NCBI GenBank assembly: GCA_021734105.1
Contig: JAIPJP010000001.1
Span: 36,603 to 100,602, forward strand
Length of the DNA stretch: 64,000 nt
Direction of reading: 5' to 3'
From: Candidatus Woesearchaeota archaeon
GTDB taxonomy: Archaea; Nanobdellota; Nanobdellia; Woesearchaeales; SKGA01
In this document: one piece after another, positions 20,213 to 30,400 of the stretch
How the letters are laid out: each line of letters begins with the position of its first letter
Position numbering within the stretch: position 1 is the first letter of the stretch
The notes under the pieces: model-generated
The model's input: only the letters and a program-made list of their open reading frames with translations
Told to the model about the DNA's origin: nothing
Database searches by the model: none
Program-made: the position numbers and the translations under genes

Positions 20213-22873
20213 TTACTTACGTGCAAGAACGCTCAGTAGGCCAATGCTAACGCCTAATACTGCAAACACGAGTACTGCTAACACAATAAGATAAGCTCCT
20301 GATTCAGTAAATTTTTCAAATCCTGTTTTTGGTTGCCCAACAATAGTGTTTCCAGTGAGTGGCACCACATTATCGTTGTTATTGTCTGTATCTTCGTCTG
20401 TCGTAGCAGTATTGTCTTTTTCGTCTTCATCTTCATCATCTGTTTGCGTGTTTGTAAAACAAACGACTTCTATAAGCGCGAGTTCTTCATCTGCATCTTT
20501 ACTGATATCGTATTTTACTTCAACGTTAACAATATAGGTATCTTCTTGCAAGTTGTCAGGTAAGTCTATTCTGAATGTTCGGGTAAGTTCTTCGCCTTCA
20601 TTTAAACTCAAATAGGTTTTCTTCTCATTCCAGTCCAGTTCACTTTTATCGCTGTATGCATAAATAAATATCTCGTCTTGATCAGAGGTTCCATAGTTTC
20701 GAAGGACAACATCCATATCAACGCTTCTTGCATTACAATCAACAGGGTTTCTTTCAAAAGATATATCTTTAATTCGAATATCGTTTGAATCTCTTTCAAT
20801 ATCAATGGTAATTTCCCATTCATCATAATGGTCAAATGATGGTTCATCATCTCGATCATCTTCTCCGTATGCTCGAATGAAAATTCTTGTTGTATCGTCA
20901 TCAAGTTCCTCATCAACGGTGAAACTTACAGTAACGGTTGCTTCTTTGTTTCCTTTGATATCGACTTCTTGTGATGTTTCATCGATATCCCAGTTATCAT
21001 CAGTTACGTCTACATATGCATCTCTAATATAATCATCGCTGCTACTGTATTTGTTACTTAATTCAATGTGTAGAGTTACTTTATCACCTTCAACAACATC
21101 ATTGTATGTGCTTCCGTCATTAAGATCATCTTCATCATTATTATTATTAATTTCGATATCGATATCAGTTATTTCTAGTTCACTTTCTGCTTCTAGATTA
21201 ATGGTTGCTTCATCAGTTACTGTTGTTGTGCCATCAAGTCCTGAGAGATAAATTTCTGCAACTGTAGTTTGTTCTGCATCTGTATCTTCTGGGATGGTTA
21301 GTTGCACGGTAACGGTTGCTTCTTCACCAGGAGCAAGAGTGTTTTTGTTAATACCAACAATGCCATTAAATTTTTCGTGTAAATCACTGCCATAACTATT
21401 AGTGAGGGTTACTTGAACGTTAGTTAATGTTCGTGTTCCAGTATTTTTTACTTGAAGCGAGCCACCGTCAGTTGTACCTCTACTAGCACTTCTTCCTCCT
21501 AAATTAAGTTCGTCAACAACGAAGCTAATTTCTGGCGCATCCATTCTTGCTGCAATGCTAAATGAAGTTGTCGTGGTGCTTTCACCATCGTTCACACTTA
21601 CTGTCGCCATTCCAGAATACAAACTTGTTGGAGTCCAAGAAATAATTCCTGTGCTTTCATTAATCATCATGCCAGGAACGCCTGAAATACTGTAGCTGAG
21701 TTCATTGTTCGGTGTTTCTAAATCAGTTGCACTTACAGGGTAAGTAAATTCTTCTCCGATAAGCACTTGTTGATCAGGGATTGCACTTATTGTTGGTGCG
21801 TTGTTGGTAACAACGACTCGTAGATTTCCTGTTGTACTCTCTGCTCCTGCAGGTCCGTAGGTTACAATGTAATCTGCAGTGTAGGTTCCTAAAGCGACAT
21901 CAAGGCCGACTTGAGCAAGTCCAAAAGTTACCTCTCGACTACTGCTTGGGTTTAGTGTAAATGAACTTGGGCCAATACTAACGCTGCCTCGATTAATGGT
22001 TTTTGTTCCATCGGTTGTAAGCGTAAGGTCTTCAGTGAGACTAATGGTTGCGCTTGTTGGAACATTTCCACTTGAAGTAAGGCTTATAACTGTAGTATCG
22101 CTTGTACCTCGAGCAACATTGATGTTAACTTGTGGTGCGTTCACATTGTATGTTTTAGCACCAATACTTGTAGTTGTAGTAATTAAATTATTAGCTAAAT
22201 CATCATCGTTTGTGGTGTATTCTGCTTGCGCAACATAACTTCCTGCGCCATTGTATGTATGTTCAAAAATAATGTTTTGGCTTTCGCCTACAGCAAGTGC
22301 TGGCATGTCGGCAGTTTCTACTGCGCTACCATCAGCAAAGTCAAAACTGATTGCGTCAGCTGCGCCTGCGAAATGTTGATTACCATTATTGTTTACTCTT
22401 AGGGTGAATGTTATTTCATCTTGTCCTTCAATTGCTTGTGTTGGGGCATGAGTTAAGCTATCTAAACTAATATCGTTAACTGCGTCAATAATATGTAGAT
22501 TAAGTGTTTTGTTATCATTAGTTGCGTCTTCATCACCGCCTGTATACGAGACAAGAACAGTGTAATCTCCTGCTGCGGTATAGGTGTGTGTTCTTGGCAC
22601 GGCCATAGTTTCTGCGCTTGCAAGTGTTGGCAAATTGATTGTTTCAGTATTACTATTACCATAATCAATAAGAAGTACGTTTGTACCGCCGGTGTATGTT
22701 TCATTACCAACGTTTTCAACTATAATATCGAGCATACCTGCAACGTCGGTGTAAAATGGATTTGAAGGGTTTTCTGCAAGTGTAGTAACGCTAATGTCTG
22801 CTGCTGCACTTACCATTCCTAGTAATAATAAACTCATCAAAACCATTATTGTTGGAAATTTATTATTTTTCAT
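20213..22873 (-). CDS. Large cell-surface protein of 886 aa with a signal peptide, Ig-like and acidic repeat regions, and a C-terminal TM anchor.
   Basis: The N-terminus 'MKNNKFPTIMVLMSLLLLGMVSAAAD' is a signal peptide. The central region is rich in Thr, Ser and Val beta-strands. An acidic stretch reads 'TQTDDEDEDEKDNTATTDEDTDNNND'. The C-terminus 'AYLIVLAVLVFAVLGVSIGLLSVLARK' is a TM helix. Confidence 0.7.
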   Translation of the reverse strand: MKNNKFPTIMVLMSLLLLGMVSAAADISVTTLAENPSNPFYTDVAGMLDIIVENVGNETYTGGTNVLLIDYGNSNTETINLPTLASAETMAVPRTHTYTAAGDYTVLVSYTGGDEDATNDNKTLNLHIIDAVNDISLDSLTHAPTQAIEGQDEITFTLRVNNNGNQHFAGAADAISFDFADGSAVETADMPALAVGESQNIIFEHTYNGAGSYVAQAEYTTNDDDLANNLITTTTSIGAKTYNVNAPQVNINVARGTSDTTVISLTSSGNVPTSATISLTEDLTLTTDGTKTINRGSVSIGPSSFTLNPSSSREVTFGLAQVGLDVALGTYTADYIVTYGPAGAESTTGNLRVVVTNNAPTISAIPDQQVLIGEEFTYPVSATDLETPNNELSYSISGVPGMMINESTGIISWTPTSLYSGMATVSVNDGESTTTTSFSIAARMDAPEISFVVDELNLGGRSASRGTTDGGSLQVKNTGTRTLTNVQVTLTNSYGSDLHEKFNGIVGINKNTLAPGEEATVTVQLTIPEDTDAEQTTVAEIYLSGLDGTTTVTDEATINLEAESELEITDIDIEINNNNDEDDLNDGSTYNDVVEGDKVTLHIELSNKYSSSDDYIRDAYVDVTDDNWDIDETSQEVDIKGNKEATVTVSFTVDEELDDDTTRIFIRAYGEDDRDDEPSFDHYDEWEITIDIERDSNDIRIKDISFERNPVDCNARSVDMDVVLRNYGTSDQDEIFIYAYSDKSELDWNEKKTYLSLNEGEELTRTFRIDLPDNLQEDTYIVNVEVKYDISKDADEELALIEVVCFTNTQTDDEDEDEKDNTATTDEDTDNNNDNVVPLTGNTIVGQPKTGFEKFTESGAYLIVLAVLVFAVLGVSIGLLSVLARK

Positions 22874-22908
22874 TTTTTATCACAACCTCCTGTTGTTCAA
22901 TTAATTAT

Positions 22909-24951
22909 TTATTCTTTAATGAATTTTCCTATTTTAGATTCGTTATCTTGTTGCACACGGATAATGTATGTGCCTTTGTTTAAATCAGTCACATCGATTT
23001 GTTCATTAACTTGATAGTCGCCTTGTTTAAGGACTTGTCCTTGTATGTTCATGATGTGATACACTCCTGGCAAACCCATTTGCACGTATTGTGTTGCTGG
23101 GTTTGGATAAGGAAGTAGCTTATTATTTTTTTGAAGTTTTGTTTCAATTCCTGTTGCGGGTGTCACTAAAATGGTTGTGTCCATATCAATTGCTTGACCA
23201 TTATCAGTAACAAATAATTCGTTTGTTGTTGCTTCATAATTTTCATCTTGTTGGTCAAGAATAAATGTTCTTGCAAGCACATTAATAGTATCTGCGCTAT
23301 AACTAATTTGTCCAAAACTATCGGTAGTTCGTTGAATAGTTTCTTTGCCATCTTGAATATTAACAGGTAAATTCGTTATTGGCTCGTTTGTTGCGCTATT
23401 AAGATACGTTACTTGGAATCCATGTTGTCGATTTCTATTTAGGTATGCAGTAACTTCTGTGGTATCTCCTTTAGCAACTAAAGCTTGTGCAACAAGTGCT
23501 TGGTAGTTTTCTTCAGGCATTCCTATGATGTTAAAATCAATACTATCGACAGCTTCATTTTCTGGTTGGTTAAAACTAGTAAAAACGGTATCATTTGCAA
23601 CACTGCTGGTATATTGTCCTATAACATCTTGTGTTGTTGAATTAATAAATTGAACAGTAAATGGAATTGCCGCGCTATCTTCTGCGCTACGAACTAAAAA
23701 GTTTACACCATAATCTCCAAGTATTCTATCTATGGTAAATATTGAATCTGCATCGATTCTTTCTCCGTTGTCAGTTGTTACTATTTCATTTGTACTTGGA
23801 ACAATACCTTGATTGTTTTGATTAAGAATAAATGAATATGTTGGCATATTTAGTGCTTCTTGGATATGCGTTATCATACCGTTTTCATCAGTAACTTTTT
23901 GAACAATTTCGTTTCCATTATTTATTTTTATAGGGATGTATGCTGCTGGTTGGTTGTCATCTGCATAACGATATGTAGCGGTGAATCCGTGTTCTCGAAT
24001 TCTATCCAGTACTGCGTTAATACCGACGGTTCCATTTGCAACGCCGCTAAAATTAATGTTTTGTCCAACAAATAAACTATCTGGATTTCCATTTACAGTT
24101 AATACTAGCGAATCATAGTTGTTTCCTGCTTCTGTAGTAAAACTCATGTTTGCTTGACCTTGTTCACTAGTTACGTGGTCTAATGTATCGGTGCCATTAA
24201 GTAGTATTGCGTTAAACGGGATAAGATTTCCATTTTCAGCACTCGTTGCTTGGACATTAACGCCGTATGTTTCCATGAGTTTATTTGTTATTTCTGTAAA
24301 GGTGGTATCTCCTTTAACAAAGGAAATTGTTTTTTTGATTGGTTCGTAGTTTTCTGCTAGAATTTCTAATTCTGCATTAAATGATGAAACTTTTTTTGTG
24401 AAGTCATTAAAGACAATGTTATTGTCTGTAATCTCTGGCGTAAAAAGTTGATTATTTCCTGTATTTAGTTTTGCGCTTGTTACAGGTATTGGGTTTCCTG
24501 CTGAGTCAGTAACGTTAATTACTGCACTAAAGGTATAATTGTCAAAAACAATTTCATGTAATGCTCGTCGTAATCCTTTTTGTGTAGTAATGGTATCGGG
24601 GAGTATTGCGAGTTTGAATTGTTCGTTGTTTTCAAATCCAGCGAGTGCATCGTTGCTAATTTTTGCACTATCTTCTGCGATTGCAACATACGCATTACCT
24701 GGTAGCATGTTTGTTTCATTAACGCCGACGTTTTTGTAGAATAAGGTTGAATCAGTGTCTTTAACAAATCCGTTGCCAACTAAGGTTTGTGTATTTTGTT
24801 CGGTAAAATTATTCGCTGTCATGAGCGAATCAGTTGTTGTTTGGACGTTTGGATTGTTTAAAGTAAGCGTTTGAGCCTGAGCTGTTGTTCCTGTTGCAAG
24901 GCCTACTGTGATGAGTGCTGCTCCAATAATATTTTTTAATGTTGATACCAT
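22909..24951 (-). CDS. Secreted protein of about 680 aa with a bacterial-type signal peptide and a C-terminal domain resembling the T9SS sorting tail.
   Basis: The start was chosen at 'MVSTLKNIIGAALITVGLATGTTAQA', which is preceded by 'gaggga'. The C-terminal approximately 70 aa read 'LLPYPNPATQYVQMGLPGVYHIMNIQGQVLKQGDYQVNEQIDVTDLNKGTYIIRVQQDNESKIGKFIKE'. This matches the T9SS C-terminal-domain pattern as I recall it (YPNPA...G.Y.....G..V......ID.S.L..G.Y.V.V......K..K.IK). Confidence 0.65.
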   Translation of the reverse strand: MVSTLKNIIGAALITVGLATGTTAQAQTLTLNNPNVQTTTDSLMTANNFTEQNTQTLVGNGFVKDTDSTLFYKNVGVNETNMLPGNAYVAIAEDSAKISNDALAGFENNEQFKLAILPDTITTQKGLRRALHEIVFDNYTFSAVINVTDSAGNPIPVTSAKLNTGNNQLFTPEITDNNIVFNDFTKKVSSFNAELEILAENYEPIKKTISFVKGDTTFTEITNKLMETYGVNVQATSAENGNLIPFNAILLNGTDTLDHVTSEQGQANMSFTTEAGNNYDSLVLTVNGNPDSLFVGQNINFSGVANGTVGINAVLDRIREHGFTATYRYADDNQPAAYIPIKINNGNEIVQKVTDENGMITHIQEALNMPTYSFILNQNNQGIVPSTNEIVTTDNGERIDADSIFTIDRILGDYGVNFLVRSAEDSAAIPFTVQFINSTTQDVIGQYTSSVANDTVFTSFNQPENEAVDSIDFNIIGMPEENYQALVAQALVAKGDTTEVTAYLNRNRQHGFQVTYLNSATNEPITNLPVNIQDGKETIQRTTDSFGQISYSADTINVLARTFILDQQDENYEATTNELFVTDNGQAIDMDTTILVTPATGIETKLQKNNKLLPYPNPATQYVQMGLPGVYHIMNIQGQVLKQGDYQVNEQIDVTDLNKGTYIIRVQQDNESKIGKFIKE

Positions 24952-25293
24952 GTGTAACTCCCTCTTATTATTTTTTTTCTTGGTTATTCTCTTCGCTTCC
25001 ACAACGAACACTGCCCTGTTGTCACTATGAAGTGAGATATTATATATAAACGTTTCTATATCTGGTGTTTGGGGCTACATAAATTGCTTTAGGAGTACTT
25101 TTTTTTGCTTGTTTTTGCTTGTTTTTGCTCGTGTAGCTCCTAACTCAAAAAAACTTCAAAGGAGTTAGGCAAACGATTTTGAACAACACCCTCAAAACAC
25201 AAGTTTTAAATATCACATAAAGTATGTTAGTAGTGGTTTTTGTAAACTGGGAGATATTTATCTCTATACAAACAGCGTAAGGTGACACAAAAT

Positions 25294-26430
25294 ATGGAGA
25301 ATGAACAATTCACGACATTGGTAAATACCCTTTTAGGTAATAATCTGGCTTCAAGCCCGTCAGAGGCACGTAGAATGGCTGAAGAAATGATTGGCACAAG
25401 CAATAAAGTACAAGATTCTTTTAAGAAAGAAAATCATACATATATGATTCGTAATTTTACGCCGCGAGAGGAGGTTGTAGAGCAAGTATCCTCTGTAGTT
25501 GAAGCTGAAGTAGAAGCAGAAAACACCGGTTTACCCGAGTTACAACCAACGGCTCCAAGAAACAATGATGTTTTGCAACATAATATTGAAGCATTACGTG
25601 CGCGGGCAATTCATCCTCAACCAGTTGCTGTGCAAGTTGATTTTCAAACGCCGCAATTTGACGCTCGACAAGAAATTGCATCGCAAGTAGCAGCGCCAGT
25701 TTCTGAATATGATGCGGGACCATCAGAACAATTAGACCAGCTAAATCAACCAAACCACTCAAATCAAGTAGAACAATCAGACCAGGTAGACCAACAAGAA
25801 CGCGTCGACCAATTACCAGCGTCATCTCTAACAGAAGATCTAGCGGCTAATTTTCAAGTAAATATTCCGGGTGTTGATACAAATCAACCCCTTAATTCTT
25901 TTGATCTTAGTGGCGCATCACACACGCCTCAAGCGGTCGAAGTGCCAACTCGGGAAAAAGACGATTTTATATCGGTGAGATTAGAGGCTTCTAGCGAGCA
26001 GACAACATCTCGTCTGCAAGCTGAAGTCCAACCACGGCCGCAACCTCAAGAAGAATTGCAACAAGCAGTTCCGCAGCCACCGCAGCCACCGCAGCAAAAG
26101 CCGGAGTCGCAGCCACAGCCACAATATGCTACGCAACAATTCTCTTCTGCGTCTTTGCAGCCTGAATCTTCGCTTGCATCGCAAGAATCATCTTCTGAAG
26201 CGCCGCAAGAATTATCTCAAGAAAAAATATCAAATCCAGCTTCACAAGAAGGTCTTGCTACGGGTTTTCCTCAGCAACAAACACCTGCTCCGCAGTCAGA
26301 TTCTGAGTCTGCTTCTCAACCTACTTCTCAGTCGGCTCCTGAGCAGAAACGAGATTTGTGGACGCCTGAAGAACGTAAACTCAAAGAAGACTGCGATCTT
26401 TCCAAAGTGTTTAATTTTTCAGGAAAATAA
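25294..26430 (+). CDS. Low-complexity protein rich in Gln, Pro, Ser and Glu. Function unknown.
   Basis: The ATG at 25294 follows the GTG used by the ORF track. The sequence contains 'PQPPQPPQQKPESQPQPQYATQQ...' and has a long acidic, Q-rich C-terminal half. Confidence 0.5.
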   Translation: MENEQFTTLVNTLLGNNLASSPSEARRMAEEMIGTSNKVQDSFKKENHTYMIRNFTPREEVVEQVSSVVEAEVEAENTGLPELQPTAPRNNDVLQHNIEALRARAIHPQPVAVQVDFQTPQFDARQEIASQVAAPVSEYDAGPSEQLDQLNQPNHSNQVEQSDQVDQQERVDQLPASSLTEDLAANFQVNIPGVDTNQPLNSFDLSGASHTPQAVEVPTREKDDFISVRLEASSEQTTSRLQAEVQPRPQPQEELQQAVPQPPQPPQQKPESQPQPQYATQQFSSASLQPESSLASQESSSEAPQELSQEKISNPASQEGLATGFPQQQTPAPQSDSESASQPTSQSAPEQKRDLWTPEERKLKEDCDLSKVFNFSGK

Positions 26431-26561
26431 CTTCTTAGTAAGTTTTTTTCTTTTTTTTTCTTTTTTTTTATTTCTTATTTTTTTCTTATTTATTTTTTAT
26501 TTCTTTTATTCCATCAAATATTCAATTAGAACTCGAAGTTATTTTGTTGAATGTTATGTTT

Positions 26562-27284
26562 CTAAATATCCTCAAGCGTGCCGTCGCGTAGAGCCCATAA
26601 ATCTTCTAAATTTAGCATGCTCAGACCTTCTACATCCATATCATCATAACCCATACGCTCACACATCGTGTTAAGATACATATCGATGAAGGGGAAATCT
26701 AGCAGTCCTGCGAGGTTGATAGTGTTATCGACAAAATAATAGAATGTTTTATCTGGATATTGCTCTTCTAGCTTTGCTGCCATATATGCTTTTTGTTGTC
26801 CTAGCTTTAGAGTGATAAGCACGCCAATGTTTTTGGACATGATAAATTTTGCATACGCTCCCTTAACTTTTTTGCGAATAGTTTGAACAAGTTCTTTAGT
26901 ATATACAGCATCTTTTCCTGTTATAGGATCGTAGGTATACACAGCAATATCATTTCGTAAGAGCAATGCTTTGGGATGAAAAAGTCCTGTGCCAATATAG
27001 AGCGCATCAGGTGTAAGTGTTATGTTTGTAGAACAGCCAAGTAATTGTCCTTCATAGGGCGTATGTCGTGGTTTTTCTAAGGACACTTCTTTACCAGCAT
27101 CAGTAAGTTGTTTTTTAATAATAGGAAGCGAATCTAAAAATTGCACGGTCGTAAAAAGAATGATTTGGTTTGGCAGCGTATGTACTAATTCTTGTGGTAA
27201 AGCTATTTGTTTGTTGTATCGTGCTTCAACATGCAGGACGTCCATAAATACAAGAACGAGGTAGTTGTTTTTAAATATTGACAA
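26562..27284 (-). CDS. dph2: Dph2-like diphthamide synthase homologue, unusually short at about 230-240 aa.
   Basis: 'QLLGCSTN' and 'IGTGLFHPKALLL' resemble the archaeal Dph2 motifs '...GCNYS' and 'IGSGIFHPLGL'. The first start is a TTG and the first ATG is 13 codons in. A stop lies 9 codons upstream, so no in-frame extension is possible. Confidence 0.5.
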   Translation of the reverse strand: MSIFKNNYLVLVFMDVLHVEARYNKQIALPQELVHTLPNQIILFTTVQFLDSLPIIKKQLTDAGKEVSLEKPRHTPYEGQLLGCSTNITLTPDALYIGTGLFHPKALLLRNDIAVYTYDPITGKDAVYTKELVQTIRKKVKGAYAKFIMSKNIGVLITLKLGQQKAYMAAKLEEQYPDKTFYYFVDNTINLAGLLDFPFIDMYLNTMCERMGYDDMDVEGLSMLNLEDLWALRDGTLEDI

Positions 27285-27482
27285 TTTTTTCTTTGCAAAG
27301 GTTATGTTTTATCTAGGTGCTAAGTTGTAGATGCATGCGACCCCGCTCACCTGTGAAAAAGAGAATATTTTTGGCATGCCAGTCAGCTTCGCTTACTCTG
27401 CACAGCTGGGCTGGTCGACGAAACTTTTATAAACGCCTTTAAATAGAATTTGGTTATACTATTATATAATAGGTGAGAGGTT

Positions 27483-30400
27483 GTGAAGGGTCGTCAAGTA
27501 TTATTGTTTGTTCTGCTGCTTTTCTTCTTATCAGGATTCGCCAGTGCCCTTGAAATTTCTAGTTTAGAGGTTACTTTAGGCACGTCTACGTATCCTTTAG
27601 AACATATTGCGCTTAAACATCCCATTGTGGCTTCTATTCACGTGAATTTTTCTAGTGATGAAGCTATACAACAGGTCACAGCAGATCTTTCAGCACTCTC
27701 AGAAAATCCTATGATTTCTCCCTCTTATAAAGATGTAGATTTTGTTTGCACGAGTATTAAAGATAATGAAACAGATGCTATTCTTGGGGCGGCATGTACC
27801 TATTCCACTGTTGAAATTCATATGAATTCGCTTGCTGCACAAATAAACTTCTTTGTAACACTAGATGATAACTCCCAAGAACTTAGTAGTGAAATAACGT
27901 TTTTAGAGGACGCGCAAGGTCCACACATTTCTGATATCAAAACAGAATTTTGTGAGGGAACGTTATGTTATCTTTCTTCTGGCTCTTCAACTGAAGTGCA
28001 AATTGGCGTTGTTAATGACATTGGTACGATGCACTTAAATAATATATATTATAAAACGGGCAATAGCGGTATTAGTAAAGTTTTTCGTTGCCAAGACGCC
28101 ATTTGTTATGGTTATTATTATGATACTTGCGAATCAGGCGCGCCGATTACTTTTAAATTAACAAGTGGTGGTGCAGGTCGTCCGAGTGGTGATGATGCGG
28201 GTAATCCCGTGACAGGTGTTACTGAAACAATTTTTTATTGTGATGAGTTCTCACCAGGGGATGTTGCATTACCTACTGAGCTTTTAACTGTTGATGGTGA
28301 GCATCGATTGCCAAGTGAAGCATTACAGTATCGCGAGCAACAAGGAGTGTTTGTTGATGTAGAGCATAACAAACGACTTACAAATCCTGTAAAAAGCGAA
28401 ACTATTATTTTATGGTCTTTAGTCACTGAAGATATTTCTGGTATTAACGCATTTGTGAACACTTCAGAACTTAATAATGATAATAATTTACAACAGGGGA
28501 CGTGCGAAGAAATAACAAATGGCGTGTTTAATTGTACGTGGGCAATAACTGATATTCAACCAGGAGATCATCAAGTGTATTTATATTTCACCGATAATGC
28601 CGGTCACCCGTCAAAATTTCTATTGTCTTCTGGCGAAAAATCTTCTTGGCTTCCCATAACAATTTCTGTTGATGATGTGGTGCTCGCTGATGCTGGCCCG
28701 ACACCAAAATTCTTTAAAGATATTGTTGCAAAACCGTTATCTGCAGGTGGGTATAATCGAGTCTCGCTTGGTCTTGCGCAAGAAAATGGTTTAGACTATC
28801 CGCTCTATGTAGAATACACCTTACAACGTTCAAGTATTGGTGGCGATATTGAAGCAATTCATACGTTTATTGATGAAGCAGATAGTTATATGTGCACTAT
28901 TACGAGTGCTGATAAAGAAAAAGTTGCGCAAATTACGCCTGCAAATTTTAAATTCTCCTTAAATCCCAACAGCCGCGTTAATGAGAAAAGTTTGCTGTTA
29001 ATAAAAATTAATGAAGAAGTTAATAATCTTCCCGACCAGTTTAGTTTGCATTGTAATATGAGTGTTATTGTGCGGCAAAGTCAAGAAAAAGTGTATCAAG
29101 AACCTGCAGTGTTCACCATAGAAATTCCTCTTAAACTTCGCAATAGTGCGCTTACTGGAACGCCGGGTAAAGCGTTTGCTGATAAAATTATTGAGCAGGA
29201 ATTAGCTGTTGAAAAATGGAATACTGCCTTAGGTGCGCTTGATAAAATTACTGCCGAATTATTTAAGTGGTGTAGTTATGCGCAAGGATTATCGCAAATT
29301 GAAGCAACAGGCGCAGGTATTGAAGCATTAGGATATACTATTGAATTATATGATGAGCCCACAGGAGAAGCTGTTGCAAAAGGCGGTAGTTTTGTAAATA
29401 GTATTGGTTCAGAGCCGCTAAGCGTGTTTGATAGTTTAGGTATGCCTCCTAAGGTTTCGCAGTTCTTGGGTATTGCTTGTGAAGTTGGGACGTGTTCTAA
29501 TGACGAATTATTCAAAGATGTTGGTTTAGCTAATGGTTGGTTTGCTGATGGTGGTGATGGGGTAAATACTTTTTTAACTGATATGGCTTCACCGGCTAGC
29601 AAGAAAGGTTTCCTTTCAGGTGTTGCTAATGATTTTTCTTCAGAATTGCTTGATGGCGTCACGGTGCCTAGCTCTCAAGATAGTATTGTTGGTGCGGTGA
29701 TGAATAAATGTCTTCCTGGTGTTATTTATAATGTGAATAAATATCGTACGATTGAATGCGAAACCTTAACGTGTTACAAACAAGCATCTTTGTATGGTGT
29801 TGATGTGTCCACATGTGATGAAGGTCGCTCAAGTTCTATTTGTATGAATGTTGTGGGCGAATTGTATGAAGCAGTTCCTTACACAAGAATTCGTGATAAT
29901 CTTTTGGAGAATACTGGTGCGATGATTGAAGCCGGGGCGCCAAAAATGTTGCAAATTGTTTTTGATAATGCGTTTTGTAAAAAATGGGCAAATGATGATG
30001 GCCTTCCAGAAAATGGTCTTCCCGATTGGAAGGCCGCTAAAATTATTAATGTTCTTGCCTGTAAAATCCCTAAATCTCTTGGTGATATAATGTATCAGTC
30101 TGAGAAATCACAAAATACATTTTATTATCCTCCGGTTACTAACACGTGTAACACGGCAAGTTGTAATGGTGATTTAGAAACGTGCGGTTATGATACTTCT
30201 TATTTTCAAACGGATACAAAAAAGCCTTTGTACTATTACTGGAATTTAATTGAAACCGAACCTAACGAAGTGCAGCCTCATTACAAAACAAAGGATATTT
30301 CCAAAACGTGGGAAAAATATAAAGAAGTTCAAGATGAATGGGCTGCTATCGAATCAAAAATTAAATTCGATGAAACCGAAGACGGATACAAGTATGATCC

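Noticed and set aside
20213-20350. A PGF-CTERM/archaeosortase signal at the C-terminus of the 886-aa surface protein.
   Set aside because: The sequence is 'PKTGFEKFTESG' followed by a TM helix. It has no PGF tripeptide and the spacing is atypical, so I describe it only as a C-terminal TM anchor.
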